DNA from: a virus
Lineage: Duplodnaviria; Caudoviricetes
Virus record (IMG/VR): IMGVR_UViG_3300021197_001180
Span: 768 to 64,767 of that record
Reading direction: 5' to 3' (one strand)
Length of the DNA stretch: 64,000 nucleotides
The notes beneath the pieces were generated by a model, which saw only the letters and a program-made list of their open reading frames with translations, did not search any database and was not told where the DNA came from. Shown here piece by piece: positions 40,698-49,883 of the stretch. Every line of letters begins with the position of its first letter. The first letter of the stretch is position 1. The translations under genes and the position numbers were made by a program.

Positions 40698-40919
40698 CTA
40701 GCTAAGTAATGTTTCTTCAATCTGTTTAAAGGTAACAGCACCTACTAGTCTAGTTCCTTCATCATTAATCAAGGTTGGTATACCTCTAATCCCTAAAGCT
40801 CTTGCTTCTTCAGAGTTTGAATCTATATCAACTACTTCATAATTGATGTTGTTCTTATCTAATAAAGCTTTAACTTGTTTACATGGTTGACACCACTCTG
40901 CTGAATAAACTTTAATCAT
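40698..40919 (-). CDS. Glutaredoxin / NrdH-like redoxin
   Basis: WCQPC active site; GIPT cis-Pro motif. Confidence 0.9.
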   Translation of the reverse strand: MIKVYSAEWCQPCKQVKALLDKNNINYEVVDIDSNSEEARALGIRGIPTLINDEGTRLVGAVTFKQIEETLLS

Positions 40920-40953
40920 TGTTTGTTATCTCCTGTTCCTATAGTACCTATAT

Positions 40954-40982
40954 ATTATAGCATACTTTTGGTTAAATGTCAA
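40954..40982 (-). promoter_or_regulatory. Sigma70 promoter of glutaredoxin gene
   Basis: TTGACA-17-TATAAT with extended -10. Confidence 0.8.
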
Positions 40983-41271
40983 GTGTTTCTGTTAAATTAA
41001 CATAGAATTCTTCTACCTGTTGATCTGTAGGTCTTTCAGGTAAAGCTCTTACTACATTCCAAAGCATCTGCATCCTTCTTATACTAACAGGCTCTCCAGT
41101 AAGACTTATATTTCTTTGAGAACCGTATGCTTCGTGAAATTCTCTTACAGATCTATCGACTTCATCATAATACCTGTTAACTCTAACACGGGCTTCACGT
41201 TGTTGAGCTATAAGCGCTTCATAATCTATTGATTCCCTTCCTCTCAACTCTGAGTATCCTGTCATTGGCAT
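40972..41271 (-). CDS. Hypothetical protein
   Basis: AAGGAGG SD. Confidence 0.65.
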   Translation of the reverse strand: MPMTGYSELRGRESIDYEALIAQQREARVRVNRYYDEVDRSVREFHEAYGSQRNISLTGEPVSIRRMQMLWNVVRALPERPTDQQVEEFYVNLTETLDI

Positions 41272-41532
41272 AAAGCCTCCTTGATCTTTGTTGCTTTGAA
41301 TAACGAAGTACCTTTACACTTCAAGAACTTTACATCCTTCATTAACTTAACTTCAAAGTTACCATCTATATCTACTACTACTGTGTATGTTGGTGTTGCC
41401 ATGTTTGTAATTCCTCTATTAATTGTTGTACTTCATTGTGATGGATTGTTAAGATATGTTCATCTGTCCCATAGGCCTTAAGGTCTTCAAGATTAAAGAT
41501 CCTAAGGTACTCTCCTTCAGCTTCAACTTCTA

Positions 41533-42037
41533 TCATATAAGTTCTTCTACATAACACCCAGCACTACAGGTAAGGTCTAACCCTCTATGTTCATGATCAA
41601 AACCCCAAGACCTAGTATCCTCCTGCCATTGATTAGTGTCTAAGTTCTTAATACCTAATTGTACTTCACTTACTTGTTGGAAGTATACACATAATATCAT
41701 ATAAGCTCCTCCATATCCCCTACAAAACTAGTCATTAAAGTTAACTGGGATAGATGCCACGTCCTTCCCTCAAAACTTATAGAACTAGTTTCAAAATTGT
41801 ATCTCTCTACTTCTTGATCAACTGTTAACGGTAGGTCAATCTCATCTAACTCATAGGCAAAGTGTTGTATCATATTAGTTCCTCCCCATCCTCAGAGCCA
41901 TCTTTAAATCCTTCCCAATGTCCCCTTCGCAAAGGATAAGGACCAGTGATATTAGCCCTGACTCCTGTTTGACATGTAAAGATTTCCTGTTCTTCATTAA
42001 AGTAGAACATAGTTAGTTGTCTAACAAAGTATTGCAT
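41533..42037 (-). CDS. EELI array 1: three coupled small ORFs (42037-41870, 41873-41697, 41700-41533; 55, 58, 55 aa)
   Basis: Translated by hand, below the ORF-track cutoff; each ends EELI-TGA overlapping the next ATG. Confidence 0.8.
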
Positions 42038-42614
42038 ATTGTTCCTTAAAATCTATATGTGATTGATACTGAATGTCCTTTAGTCCATTCGTCGTAAGGT
42101 GCTACAGTAATTCTAGAGTAGTGGGTGAATCTCCACCCTACTAGCACGTCCTCAACAGGCTCCCATTGTAGCCCTAAGATGTAACCTTCATCGTTGTCTG
42201 CATCATTAGCGAAATGTCCATCAGGGTCTATCCCCTCATAGTATTGTGGTACAGGTATTAAGTGTGTACCTATCCCAACCGCTAACCTAAACTGTTCTGT
42301 GATATCATACTTGTACAAAGCTTCAAAGGATACTACATACTTTAGCTTTACTGTTACATGCTCAAAGCGGCCTTCTGTATATAAGTCTTTACCTTTAATA
42401 TAACCAACACGTAGGCCGAAGTTGTTCCTCCAGATGCTGTAGCCTATCCCATATAATGTAGCCTCATACTGAGCATAGTTATCCTTGCCTCTCCAAGCAT
42501 GCTCAAAGTCTATCGCTGTGACATCAAATTCATGGAGATATCTAGGTTCCTCCGCTACGCTCCTGAAGGATAGTAATGTAAGTATTAATAGTAAGTATTG
42601 CATATTGTTCCTTA
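42027..42614. repeat. Exact 22-bp direct repeat AAGTATTGCATATTGTTCCTTA at 42027-42048 and 42593-42614
   Basis: Directly visible; each copy holds RBS plus ATG CAA TAC TT on the minus strand. Confidence 0.9.
42046..42603 (-). CDS. Outer-membrane beta-barrel protein (Lom/Ail/OmpA-like)
   Basis: Signal peptide MQYLLLILTLLSFRSVA, alternating beta-strands, C-terminal beta-signal SITYRF. Confidence 0.8.
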   Translation of the reverse strand: MQYLLLILTLLSFRSVAEEPRYLHEFDVTAIDFEHAWRGKDNYAQYEATLYGIGYSIWRNNFGLRVGYIKGKDLYTEGRFEHVTVKLKYVVSFEALYKYDITEQFRLAVGIGTHLIPVPQYYEGIDPDGHFANDADNDEGYILGLQWEPVEDVLVGWRFTHYSRITVAPYDEWTKGHSVSITYRF

Positions 42615-42634
42615 GGGCCCGAAGGCCCTATAGT

Positions 42635-44329
42635 TTACCCTTCACAAGCTACACACTCTCCTGTGGCTGCTTGGACACCTGCTTTAGTTCGCATGTAATA
42701 TAGGGCTTTAATGTTTTCATCTTTAAATCCTAGTCGGTGTATCTTAGCAATGTAAGCTTCAGGTGCATCAGCATCAAAGAATAGATTAACTGATTGACCT
42801 TGGTCTATGTACCGCTGTCGTGCACTAGCTAGTCTTAAGATGGTCTCTTGATGTATCTCATAGGCTGTCTTGAATACATCCTTCTCGTGGTCTGTGAGCC
42901 ACTCTAAATGCTGGACTGATCCATTGTTGTCAATTATTGACTTGACGAGTTTATCATCCCAACCCACTCGTCCTTTAGCAAGTTCCAAGAACACAGGGTT
43001 AACCCTATAAATTTCTCCAGCTGCGGTAGGTTGGTTGTATACGTTGGCGACAACAGGTTCAATTCCCTGCGAAACTCCACCACAAAGTAATGCTGATGAA
43101 GTATTGGGAGCGACTGCCAATAAGTGAGTATTGCGTCGTCCAAGTCCTTTACAGTACTTAGGTTCTCCAAGTTTCTCCGCAAGCCACTTGGTAGCTCTTT
43201 CCGCTTCACGATTAATCCTCCCGAAGATCTCATGGTTCTCTTGATGTGCCTCGAATGATTCGAATGCTATTGACTTCTGTTGTAAGTATGTATGGAACCC
43301 TAAGGCTCCAAGGCCTATCGGTCTACCGTTAACAGTACCTTTCAAAGACTTCTCTAATCCAGGGATGTTAGTAGCTAACTCAATAAACTCACTAGCAACA
43401 CAATCCAAGAACACCACGCTATCGAATATAGCATCAGTATCTTTCCACTCGTCATACTTAGATAGGTTAAGGGATGAAAGCACACAAGTAAACGTCTCAT
43501 CTTCAGAGCTGTGTAACATGATCTCAGTACATAAGTTACTTGCTTTAACATCTAAGTCATGAACCTTATAGCTCGTCGGGTTAGCTCGGTTAACCTTGTC
43601 CACAAAGAAGAAGTAACCTTTGCCTGTAATTGCTTTGACTTTAAGCGCCTTCTTGAATCGTTGACGTGCATCAAGATCTCCTGCGTCAAGGCGCTCAATG
43701 AATGCATCGGTAATAACCCATCCGATGTTAAGGTCGTCGGGCTCTGCCTGTAAGCTCTCCGCAACTTCAAAGAAGTCTCCGTGATCGATCGGTAGATACC
43801 CGGCCCAAGCACCACGCCTTGATGTTCCCTGAGCAACGTCTCGCATATCCTGGACAAATCCTTTAAAGACTGGTAGTACACCACTTGCTGTGCCTCCTGC
43901 CGATATGGAAGTACCTCTGGGTCTAATGTCACCAAGATATCCAGAAGTTCCGAAGCCATTCTTTGTAAGGATTGCAGTCTCTTTCCTGTTACCATAGAAT
44001 TCATCAATTGAATCCCCTATATATTGACCTGAACAAGAGACAGGTAATCCCTTGTTAGTTCCTGTGTTACTTAAGACTGGTGTTGATGCAGCTAACCAGC
44101 CGTTCCAGAGGAGGTTAAAGAACTTAGCCTCCCATTCATCTTCATAACCTACCATGTGTCTTGATAAGGTGGATGCTATCCTTAGATAGGTATCTCTAAG
44201 ACCACGGGCCTCATGGAGATACTTATCTTTAAAGAGTTGATAGCCACCTGTTGTAAACCAGAACGGAACATCTCCAGTCTTCTGAAGTTCTTTCCGTTCA
44301 TCCGATAGCTTTTGATATATCGTAGTTAT
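42635..44329 (-). CDS. nrdA: Ribonucleotide reductase class Ia alpha subunit; proposed ATA start
   Basis: TPVLSN, PVSC, SNLCTEI, APNTSS, YYMR, C-terminal CVACEG; GAGGAG 7 nt before ATA 44329. Confidence 0.93.
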   Translation of the reverse strand: MTTIYQKLSDERKELQKTGDVPFWFTTGGYQLFKDKYLHEARGLRDTYLRIASTLSRHMVGYEDEWEAKFFNLLWNGWLAASTPVLSNTGTNKGLPVSCSGQYIGDSIDEFYGNRKETAILTKNGFGTSGYLGDIRPRGTSISAGGTASGVLPVFKGFVQDMRDVAQGTSRRGAWAGYLPIDHGDFFEVAESLQAEPDDLNIGWVITDAFIERLDAGDLDARQRFKKALKVKAITGKGYFFFVDKVNRANPTSYKVHDLDVKASNLCTEIMLHSSEDETFTCVLSSLNLSKYDEWKDTDAIFDSVVFLDCVASEFIELATNIPGLEKSLKGTVNGRPIGLGALGFHTYLQQKSIAFESFEAHQENHEIFGRINREAERATKWLAEKLGEPKYCKGLGRRNTHLLAVAPNTSSALLCGGVSQGIEPVVANVYNQPTAAGEIYRVNPVFLELAKGRVGWDDKLVKSIIDNNGSVQHLEWLTDHEKDVFKTAYEIHQETILRLASARQRYIDQGQSVNLFFDADAPEAYIAKIHRLGFKDENIKALYYMRTKAGVQAATGECVACEG

Positions 44330-44330
44330 C

Positions 44331-44459
44331 TTAAGACTCCTCTTGGCTCTGAACCCCAGAGTACATACCACCGAAGTTATCTTTAGGTGGCTCAGGTTTC
44401 TTAGGTGCTGCTGGTTTCTTAGGTGCTGGTTTCTTAGGTGCTGGTTTCTTCTCGGTCAT
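44331..44459 (-). CDS. 42-aa Lys/Pro-rich peptide (KKPAP repeats)
   Basis: MTEKKPAPKKPAPKKPAAPKKPEPPK..., 15-bp tandem repeats; GGAGG SD. Confidence 0.65.
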   Translation of the reverse strand: MTEKKPAPKKPAPKKPAAPKKPEPPKDNFGGMYSGVQSQEES

Positions 44460-44674
44460 TATAATATACCTCCTGATTGATTATTAAATTCTTTAAATAC
44501 TGCTGTGTATTTACCTGACTTGTAATGATAACTGTAGGCCTTAAGGAACTCATTGTAATCTAAAGATTCAAACAAGACCTCACGTTTACTTGAGCCTTCC
44601 ATTACACCAATGACAGTACACAGTACATCATTCTTAGGTTTATCCTCCTCAGGTACTTCAAAGTTATTGTTCAT
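44459..44674 (-). CDS. Hypothetical protein
   Basis: GGAGG SD. Confidence 0.65.
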   Translation of the reverse strand: MNNNFEVPEEDKPKNDVLCTVIGVMEGSSKREVLFESLDYNEFLKAYSYHYKSGKYTAVFKEFNNQSGGIL

Positions 44675-44675
44675 A

Positions 44676-45647
44676 TTAATCCTCCTCTATAATCCATTCG
44701 AAACCATCCTCATTCCAGTCCCTGTTATATTCATTACCAGTTCCTGTGAAGAAGTCATGTAGTTGAACAGCATTGATACCATCATAGAACCATTCACGGA
44801 TTACATTGTTCTCTTCATTGAAGATAGCTGTAAGTCCTAAGTTCTCAAGGCAAACATTAAGCCTGTGGTTCACAAAGATCTTCATCTGTTCAGGCGTTAT
44901 GCCATCCATAGGACCTTTCTCAAACAACATGTCAATGATCTCATGCTCATGCTCTTGGATCTGTCTAGCAACTTCCTCAAGCTCACCCCTTAGCTCCTCA
45001 GGATCTCTGTTAGTCTCCTCAGCTATCTGATGAAATAACCTAGCACCTGCAACAGCATGTAGGTTCTCATCTCTAACCGAGAACTTAATACCACGACATA
45101 CATTCATTAGTTTATTCTTACCAGCGGACTGGAAGTGTAACAGGAATGCAAAGGCTGAGTATAACACTGCACCTTCTATCATACTAAAGGCACCTACAGA
45201 TCTTAGAGGATCTTTACTACCAATAAGTTCCTTAACGAAATCCATTCGGGCAGATAGAACTGGGTCTGTCTTATAACCTAAGTAGAACTCTTCTGTGTTA
45301 AGGTTCAAGGCTTCGTTAAGTTTGTTGTAGAATGGTGCATGTACACCCATCTCAGTGTAGCTTATGGTCGAACAGAGTCGTTGGATACAAGGTCTAGGGC
45401 ACATGTTCATTACCTTAGAACCCCAGTAGTCCACACCAGCTTTGAGTTCATACAATGTAAACAACTTCAATGTAGTCACAACACCGTGTGCCTCACTAGG
45501 AGTCATGTTTACTTTAATATCTTGTATGTCTTTCTCTACTGCAATCTCTTTCTCCGTCCATAGGATGTCAGCTTGTTGCTCTGCTATCTCAACGGCCCAT
45601 GGATAATCAAATACATAGGCCTCCTTAGCTTCAAATATCTGTGCTAT
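44676..45647 (-). CDS. nrdB: Ribonucleotide reductase class Ia beta subunit; proposed ATA start
   Basis: E-x-x-H...Y, EG, RDENLH diiron motifs, DFF tail; N-terminal DYPWA...W..KEI..EKD lies upstream of first ATG. Confidence 0.92.
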   Translation of the reverse strand: MAQIFEAKEAYVFDYPWAVEIAEQQADILWTEKEIAVEKDIQDIKVNMTPSEAHGVVTTLKLFTLYELKAGVDYWGSKVMNMCPRPCIQRLCSTISYTEMGVHAPFYNKLNEALNLNTEEFYLGYKTDPVLSARMDFVKELIGSKDPLRSVGAFSMIEGAVLYSAFAFLLHFQSAGKNKLMNVCRGIKFSVRDENLHAVAGARLFHQIAEETNRDPEELRGELEEVARQIQEHEHEIIDMLFEKGPMDGITPEQMKIFVNHRLNVCLENLGLTAIFNEENNVIREWFYDGINAVQLHDFFTGTGNEYNRDWNEDGFEWIIEED

Positions 45648-46078
45648 CTTTCACCTCCAAGAGCCTTCAAGGTCCCGAAGTGTACCTCAGCTCGATGTCC
45701 TGTCTGCTCATAGTACTTAGAGTCTTTAAGTTCATCAGCTGCAAGTAAGTATTCTTGGTGCTTCAAAGCCTTAAACATATTCTTAAAGCCATTGACACCT
45801 TGAACCCCTAGGTTATAAGCCATATCAGTTACAATCAAACGTACTTCCATAGGTGCTTCAACTAACCAAGGGTGATGGATCATCATAGACTTACGATAGT
45901 CTTCAAGGATCTTAAGAGACCATTCCCTAGCCTCTGTTTCAGTGTATGGATATACTTCTAGGTTCCTCCCGAAACCTATAGTCTGAAAGCCTGCTGGACA
46001 TTCATAAGGTAGTCCTTCGAATCCTTCAAACTCTTCTAACATCCCTACATTTAATAGTAGTTCTTCTGTCTTAGTCAC
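45644..46078 (-). CDS. Endolysin, T4-lysozyme-like (GH24)
   Basis: FEG....PYECPAGFQTIGFGRNL, DMAYNLG, F..M, DSKYY.Q..R. Confidence 0.9.
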   Translation of the reverse strand: MTKTEELLLNVGMLEEFEGFEGLPYECPAGFQTIGFGRNLEVYPYTETEAREWSLKILEDYRKSMMIHHPWLVEAPMEVRLIVTDMAYNLGVQGVNGFKNMFKALKHQEYLLAADELKDSKYYEQTGHRAEVHFGTLKALGGER

Positions 46079-46745
46079 CTAATACCTCCTTTAATACAGG
46101 TAATTGTTCTAATAGGATAGCCTTCGCTTGGTCAGCTATCACCTTGTGTTCCTTTTGAGTGCCATTACCACAGCGTAGTTGACAGTAATGAATCCATGAA
46201 CGGATAGTACCATTCATATACATCTTAGTTTCTGTCAGGCCTTCAGGTAGCAGAACACGAGCTTGCTCTTTAGCTACTCCTCGTTCGAGGGCTTCGTGGT
46301 AGGCTGTAAGAGCAGTCGATAGGACTGTCTTCTGTAGGAAACCAAACGCATCCTGCGCTTCCTCATCCTCAGTCTCGATTGAGTTCTGCCTGTTTGTTTC
46401 ATCCTGTAACCTAGCCTCCCTTTTGACAGTGAAATGATCTGCTTCAGCGTACCGTTGAGAGAACTCTTGGAAACTGAAACTCCTATGCCTTAAGATCTGC
46501 CTACTAATATCTCTAGTAGTAGTAATCTCAAGAGTCATAGACCCCATCTCGAAAGGACTCCAATGCTGGTGAGCTACTAGGTACTTCAATAACCTAGAGG
46601 CTTTCTCCATATCGAACTGCCCTTCAGTATTAGATACTTTAGCTTGAAAAGCTATCAGCTCCCCTAAGTTATTAATACCTTCTACCTTAGGCTCTGTAAT
46701 GCCTACTAGTTTAACATTATTCAGAGTCTTCATTCCCCCATGCAT
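46071..46745 (-). CDS. thyX: Flavin-dependent thymidylate synthase
   Basis: HWSPFE, RHRSFSFQEFSQRY, QARVLLP, RSWIHY, TQKEH; exact start uncertain. Confidence 0.95.
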   Translation of the reverse strand: MHGGMKTLNNVKLVGITEPKVEGINNLGELIAFQAKVSNTEGQFDMEKASRLLKYLVAHQHWSPFEMGSMTLEITTTRDISRQILRHRSFSFQEFSQRYAEADHFTVKREARLQDETNRQNSIETEDEEAQDAFGFLQKTVLSTALTAYHEALERGVAKEQARVLLPEGLTETKMYMNGTIRSWIHYCQLRCGNGTQKEHKVIADQAKAILLEQLPVLKEVLGD

Positions 46746-46876
46746 GACGATTGTTTCGTTGCTTCCTACGGGCTATCTTATTAGCCTTACGTTCCTTAAG
46801 TTCCTCAAGTTTATCTTGACGATCTTGTTCGTAGTCCTTCATTAACTGCTGGTTCTCTGTCAGTTCTTCACCCATG

Positions 46877-47254
46877 TTACTCTCCTAGGATTGCTTTAAG
46901 ATTTGGTTCACTGAAGTCTGGACCTTTAAGTACCTTACCATCCTCACGGATCACAGGCTTACCGTCAGTCCCTAGCTTTGACATGTTACTACGATGAACT
47001 TCACGTAACCCTTCATCAATAGGATAACCATACAAGGCTCCCTGTTGTGCTGTTACGTAGATGATATCAATGATTGCATCAAAGGTTTCAGTAATGTCAC
47101 CCTTATCAAATGCAATTGCTAACTCACTTACTTCCTCCATGATTAACTCACCGAAGGTAGACTGTTGATCTTTTGTTGGCATCACAGGTTTACTTTCAAT
47201 GTCATTAGGTTTGTAAGTCTCATTGAATTGATTAATCATATTACCTAAACTCAT
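46877..47254 (-). CDS. MazG / PRA-PH-like nucleotide pyrophosphohydrolase
   Basis: EEVSEL, DAIIDIIYV, EVHRSNMSK, REDGKVLKGP. Confidence 0.85.
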   Translation of the reverse strand: MSLGNMINQFNETYKPNDIESKPVMPTKDQQSTFGELIMEEVSELAIAFDKGDITETFDAIIDIIYVTAQQGALYGYPIDEGLREVHRSNMSKLGTDGKPVIREDGKVLKGPDFSEPNLKAILGE

Positions 47255-47257
47255 TCT

Positions 47258-47389
47258 TTATTCTCCTTTACTCTTAGCCGTCTTGTTATAAGCTCGTTTA
47301 TAGTTACCACCTTTACCTTTACCACTGTTACCAGGGTTTAGCTGAGGGGCTGATAGGAATACTTGAATGAATTCTTTACTTTGTTTCAG
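47258..47389 (-). CDS. 43-aa basic peptide with weak ArfA-like KGKG motif; proposed CTG start
   Basis: GAGGAG 7 nt before CTG; fills the gap between two genes. Confidence 0.5.
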   Translation of the reverse strand: MKQSKEFIQVFLSAPQLNPGNSGKGKGGNYKRAYNKTAKSKGE

Positions 47390-47675
47390 TTTGTTTCTCC
47401 TCTAATTCGATTGCTCTTTCTATAGAAGCCTTAGCTTCTTTAAGATCCTGGAGTTTACCTTTAACCCCACGGGTCCCAGGACACAATAACTTCTTGAGTC
47501 CATGGGCTGTCGCTGGACAGGTAACATTGAAAGCTACTAAGACATCATATACATCCACTATGATTTCCCCTGGGTTCTTAGGGTCTTCGTGGGGTAGATG
47601 GTTTATTACTCTTTGGTACTTGTTTATCTTCTTTCTCCTTCTGTTTTCTATAATCTTCTCGACGTTGTTCATCAT
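47376..47675 (-). CDS. Conserved phage protein (DUF3310-like)
   Basis: VDVYDVL.AF.V..PA..H..KKLLC.G.RG.K...QDL.EA pattern. Confidence 0.7.
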   Translation of the reverse strand: MMNNVEKIIENRRRKKINKYQRVINHLPHEDPKNPGEIIVDVYDVLVAFNVTCPATAHGLKKLLCPGTRGVKGKLQDLKEAKASIERAIELEEKQTETK

Positions 47676-47787
47676 AGTGACTCATTTCTTTCAGCCTCCA
47701 CTACTATAGAGTTAAAGGCCATAAGTCCACATACAAATACATACATGTAGATATAGCCTGCTAATTGTAACCAGATAGGTGTTTCCA

Positions 47788-47988
47788 TTATTCACCTGTT
47801 AGCATTGCTTTAATATTAATGATTGCTTTCCCTGCAATTGAAGACTCCTCAATGGCTGCTAACTTCTTAGCCTTTGCCTCTGCCTCCTTCTTCTCTTGAA
47901 CTTCTGCTTCCTTTAATTCTCTTGCTTGTACCTTCTCAAGGTCACTTGTAAACGTAGCAAATACTGATTGAGTAGTCTTCTTAAACAT
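47788..47988 (-). CDS. Small coiled-coil protein
   Basis: Charged helical ORF. Confidence 0.65.
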   Translation of the reverse strand: MFKKTTQSVFATFTSDLEKVQARELKEAEVQEKKEAEAKAKKLAAIEESSIAGKAIINIKAMLTGE

Positions 47989-47991
47989 AAT

Positions 47992-48423
47992 TTATTTCTC
48001 TATTTGATTGTAGAATTGAGTGAATGATTCCTCATCAAAGAATCTGAAACCATTCTTGGTTGCCCACTCTCCGTGGGTTTGCTTAGTACCATCCCTTCGT
48101 TTAGTCCTGAAGTGAATAGCTTTCATCGGGTTGTCGAAGATGAATAAGATCTCATGGTCTTCAGGCAATGCCTTCCTAACCCAAGTATACTTAGCAGCTT
48201 CGGCTGATTCCCTGAAGTACCCTTTGAACTCAAGGACATAAGTCCCAGAGGCATGAGGTATCAGGAAGTCTGGCTCATATTTGTGTTCAGTTACATATTC
48301 AATCTTATCAGGATGAAAGATCTCATCCTTAAGTAATCCATTATGTAGTCTGTGTTCAGGCCATGAGTCATAGCCTTTGGGTAAACCTTTGGGTCTAGGT
48401 GGGAAGAATCTCTTAGCCGGCAT
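47992..48423 (-). CDS. Endonuclease I-like (T7 gp3 type) resolvase
   Basis: YDS..E, YEPDF, LEFKGYF, W..KNGF. Confidence 0.85.
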   Translation of the reverse strand: MPAKRFFPPRPKGLPKGYDSWPEHRLHNGLLKDEIFHPDKIEYVTEHKYEPDFLIPHASGTYVLEFKGYFRESAEAAKYTWVRKALPEDHEILFIFDNPMKAIHFRTKRRDGTKQTHGEWATKNGFRFFDEESFTQFYNQIEK

Positions 48424-48670
48424 CTAATGATTCTTCTAACTTAAGACCAATAGGTATTATAATTACCACACCATTACACTTATTTCTTTTAAGCTTATCA
48501 GCACATTTAGTGGCTTGCCTTAAACACTTGTAGAACTCAGAGCCTCTAGGACTACAAGTCCAAGGGTCCTCTGTCTCTGATTCGGCAACTACTAAATACC
48601 GTGCCTTACCTATGAATTCTTTAAGTCTCATCTTCACTATCCTTAAACCCTGTAGATACCAACAGATCAT
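48413..48670 (-). CDS. Hypothetical protein
   Basis: ORF in operon; true start probably MRLKEF. Confidence 0.55.
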   Translation of the reverse strand: MICWYLQGLRIVKMRLKEFIGKARYLVVAESETEDPWTCSPRGSEFYKCLRQATKCADKLKRNKCNGVVIIIPIGLKLEESLDAG

Positions 48671-48911
48671 ATGCTGTTATCGTAGGATATTTCTTCAATG
48701 ATTTCCTTACCCACTTCCGAGTGAATGGAGTTAAGGTTGCCCTTCGCTCATCGTCATTCCCAGGAACAGGTGTCATTGTCACACCATCTGGCTGTACCAT
48801 AGCTAACAGTTCTCTATCTGTTAACTCCTTAGCTACTTCCTCGGTTAAGAAACCTCGATGTAACTGTATTAGGATCTCATTGACCCTCTTATTAAATTGT
48901 TGCTTGTTCAA
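48621..48911 (-). CDS. Hypothetical protein
   Basis: TTG start overlapping upstream EELI-TGA. Confidence 0.65.
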   Translation of the reverse strand: MNKQQFNKRVNEILIQLHRGFLTEEVAKELTDRELLAMVQPDGVTMTPVPGNDDERRATLTPFTRKWVRKSLKKYPTITAYDLLVSTGFKDSEDET

Positions 48912-49722
48912 ATTAATTCCTCCTCCATGTAGCCTATTAAGAAATCTAACGCATTAGATAAGGGAGTATTTAAGTTCTCATATCCAGGAGTTACTATAAT
49001 TGCGGACTGACCATCACCGCCTCTATAAGTTATAGTGAAGTCTTCCCTAGCAAAGTATCTCATATGAGTTCCTCCAAGTGTTCCCAACTTACTCTATCGT
49101 TCGCTAAGGTATTACTATTATCAGTATACCTAGCGAGAGTTGAGCTACTGGTACCCCCATAAGACATAAAGTATTCAATACGTAATGAACCTTCATCCGT
49201 ATATATGGCTACGTAGTCTCCTCCCTTACTAGTGGCTACTCTAGTTGTGTAGATCATTGTGCTGTTTCCTTAAATAATAATTCATATCCTTCAGGCTCCT
49301 CAAGAACTGGGGGTTCCAAGAGGCCCTCAACTAAGAGGTCCTCCAAGAGATAGGGGTCTATTTCAAAGTATTCATAGATCATATGAGTTCCTCTGCTTCA
49401 TTATCATCAAATCCATATCGAAGTTCATCCCTATAAGAATAACATCTTCTTGCATAATATCCAAGATGTGTGGTACTGATGAAGTAACCTATCCTAGGTA
49501 CTGTAGGCCTTGAACTATCATGACTAATTATAGCATCACTAGTTGCAAAATATTTAATCATATTAATTCCTCGTAATCATGAATTCTAATATCTTCATCG
49601 GCTGTCTCATTCCCTGATAAAGGATGAAAACCACTACAAAGAAAGAGGTCATTGAATTCCTTTCCAGTGCCATACTCATCATAGATAGCCTGAGTCAGAC
49701 CATTATACATTAAGTATCTCAT
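48908..49722 (-). CDS. EELI array 2: 49722-49558, 49561-49379, 49257-49060, 49063-48908, plus a non-EELI acidic 42-aa ORF at 49382-49254
   Basis: Hand translation; all coupled by ATGA/TTGA overlaps. Confidence 0.8.
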
Positions 49723-49880
49723 ACAATACCCTCATCTACAACAGTCATTCCTAGCCATCTTGCCATATCAATTATATCATCCTTGTTATAATGTATCTCC
49801 GTGCAAGTTGCTTCTACTTCAACTCTACTTCTATCTTCAGGGACATAAACATCCTCGATATCTTCATCACTAAGTTCCAT
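49719..49880 (-). CDS. Small acidic protein, 53 aa
   Basis: MELSDEDIED...VDEGIV; GAGG SD. Confidence 0.6.
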   Translation of the reverse strand: MELSDEDIEDVYVPEDRSRVEVEATCTEIHYNKDDIIDMARWLGMTVVDEGIV

Positions 49881-49883
49881 AAC

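Noticed and set aside
46715-46745. CTG start for thyX
   Set aside because: Plausible, but in-frame ATGs lie nearby and SD spacing is ambiguous, so it is not counted among the non-canonical starts.
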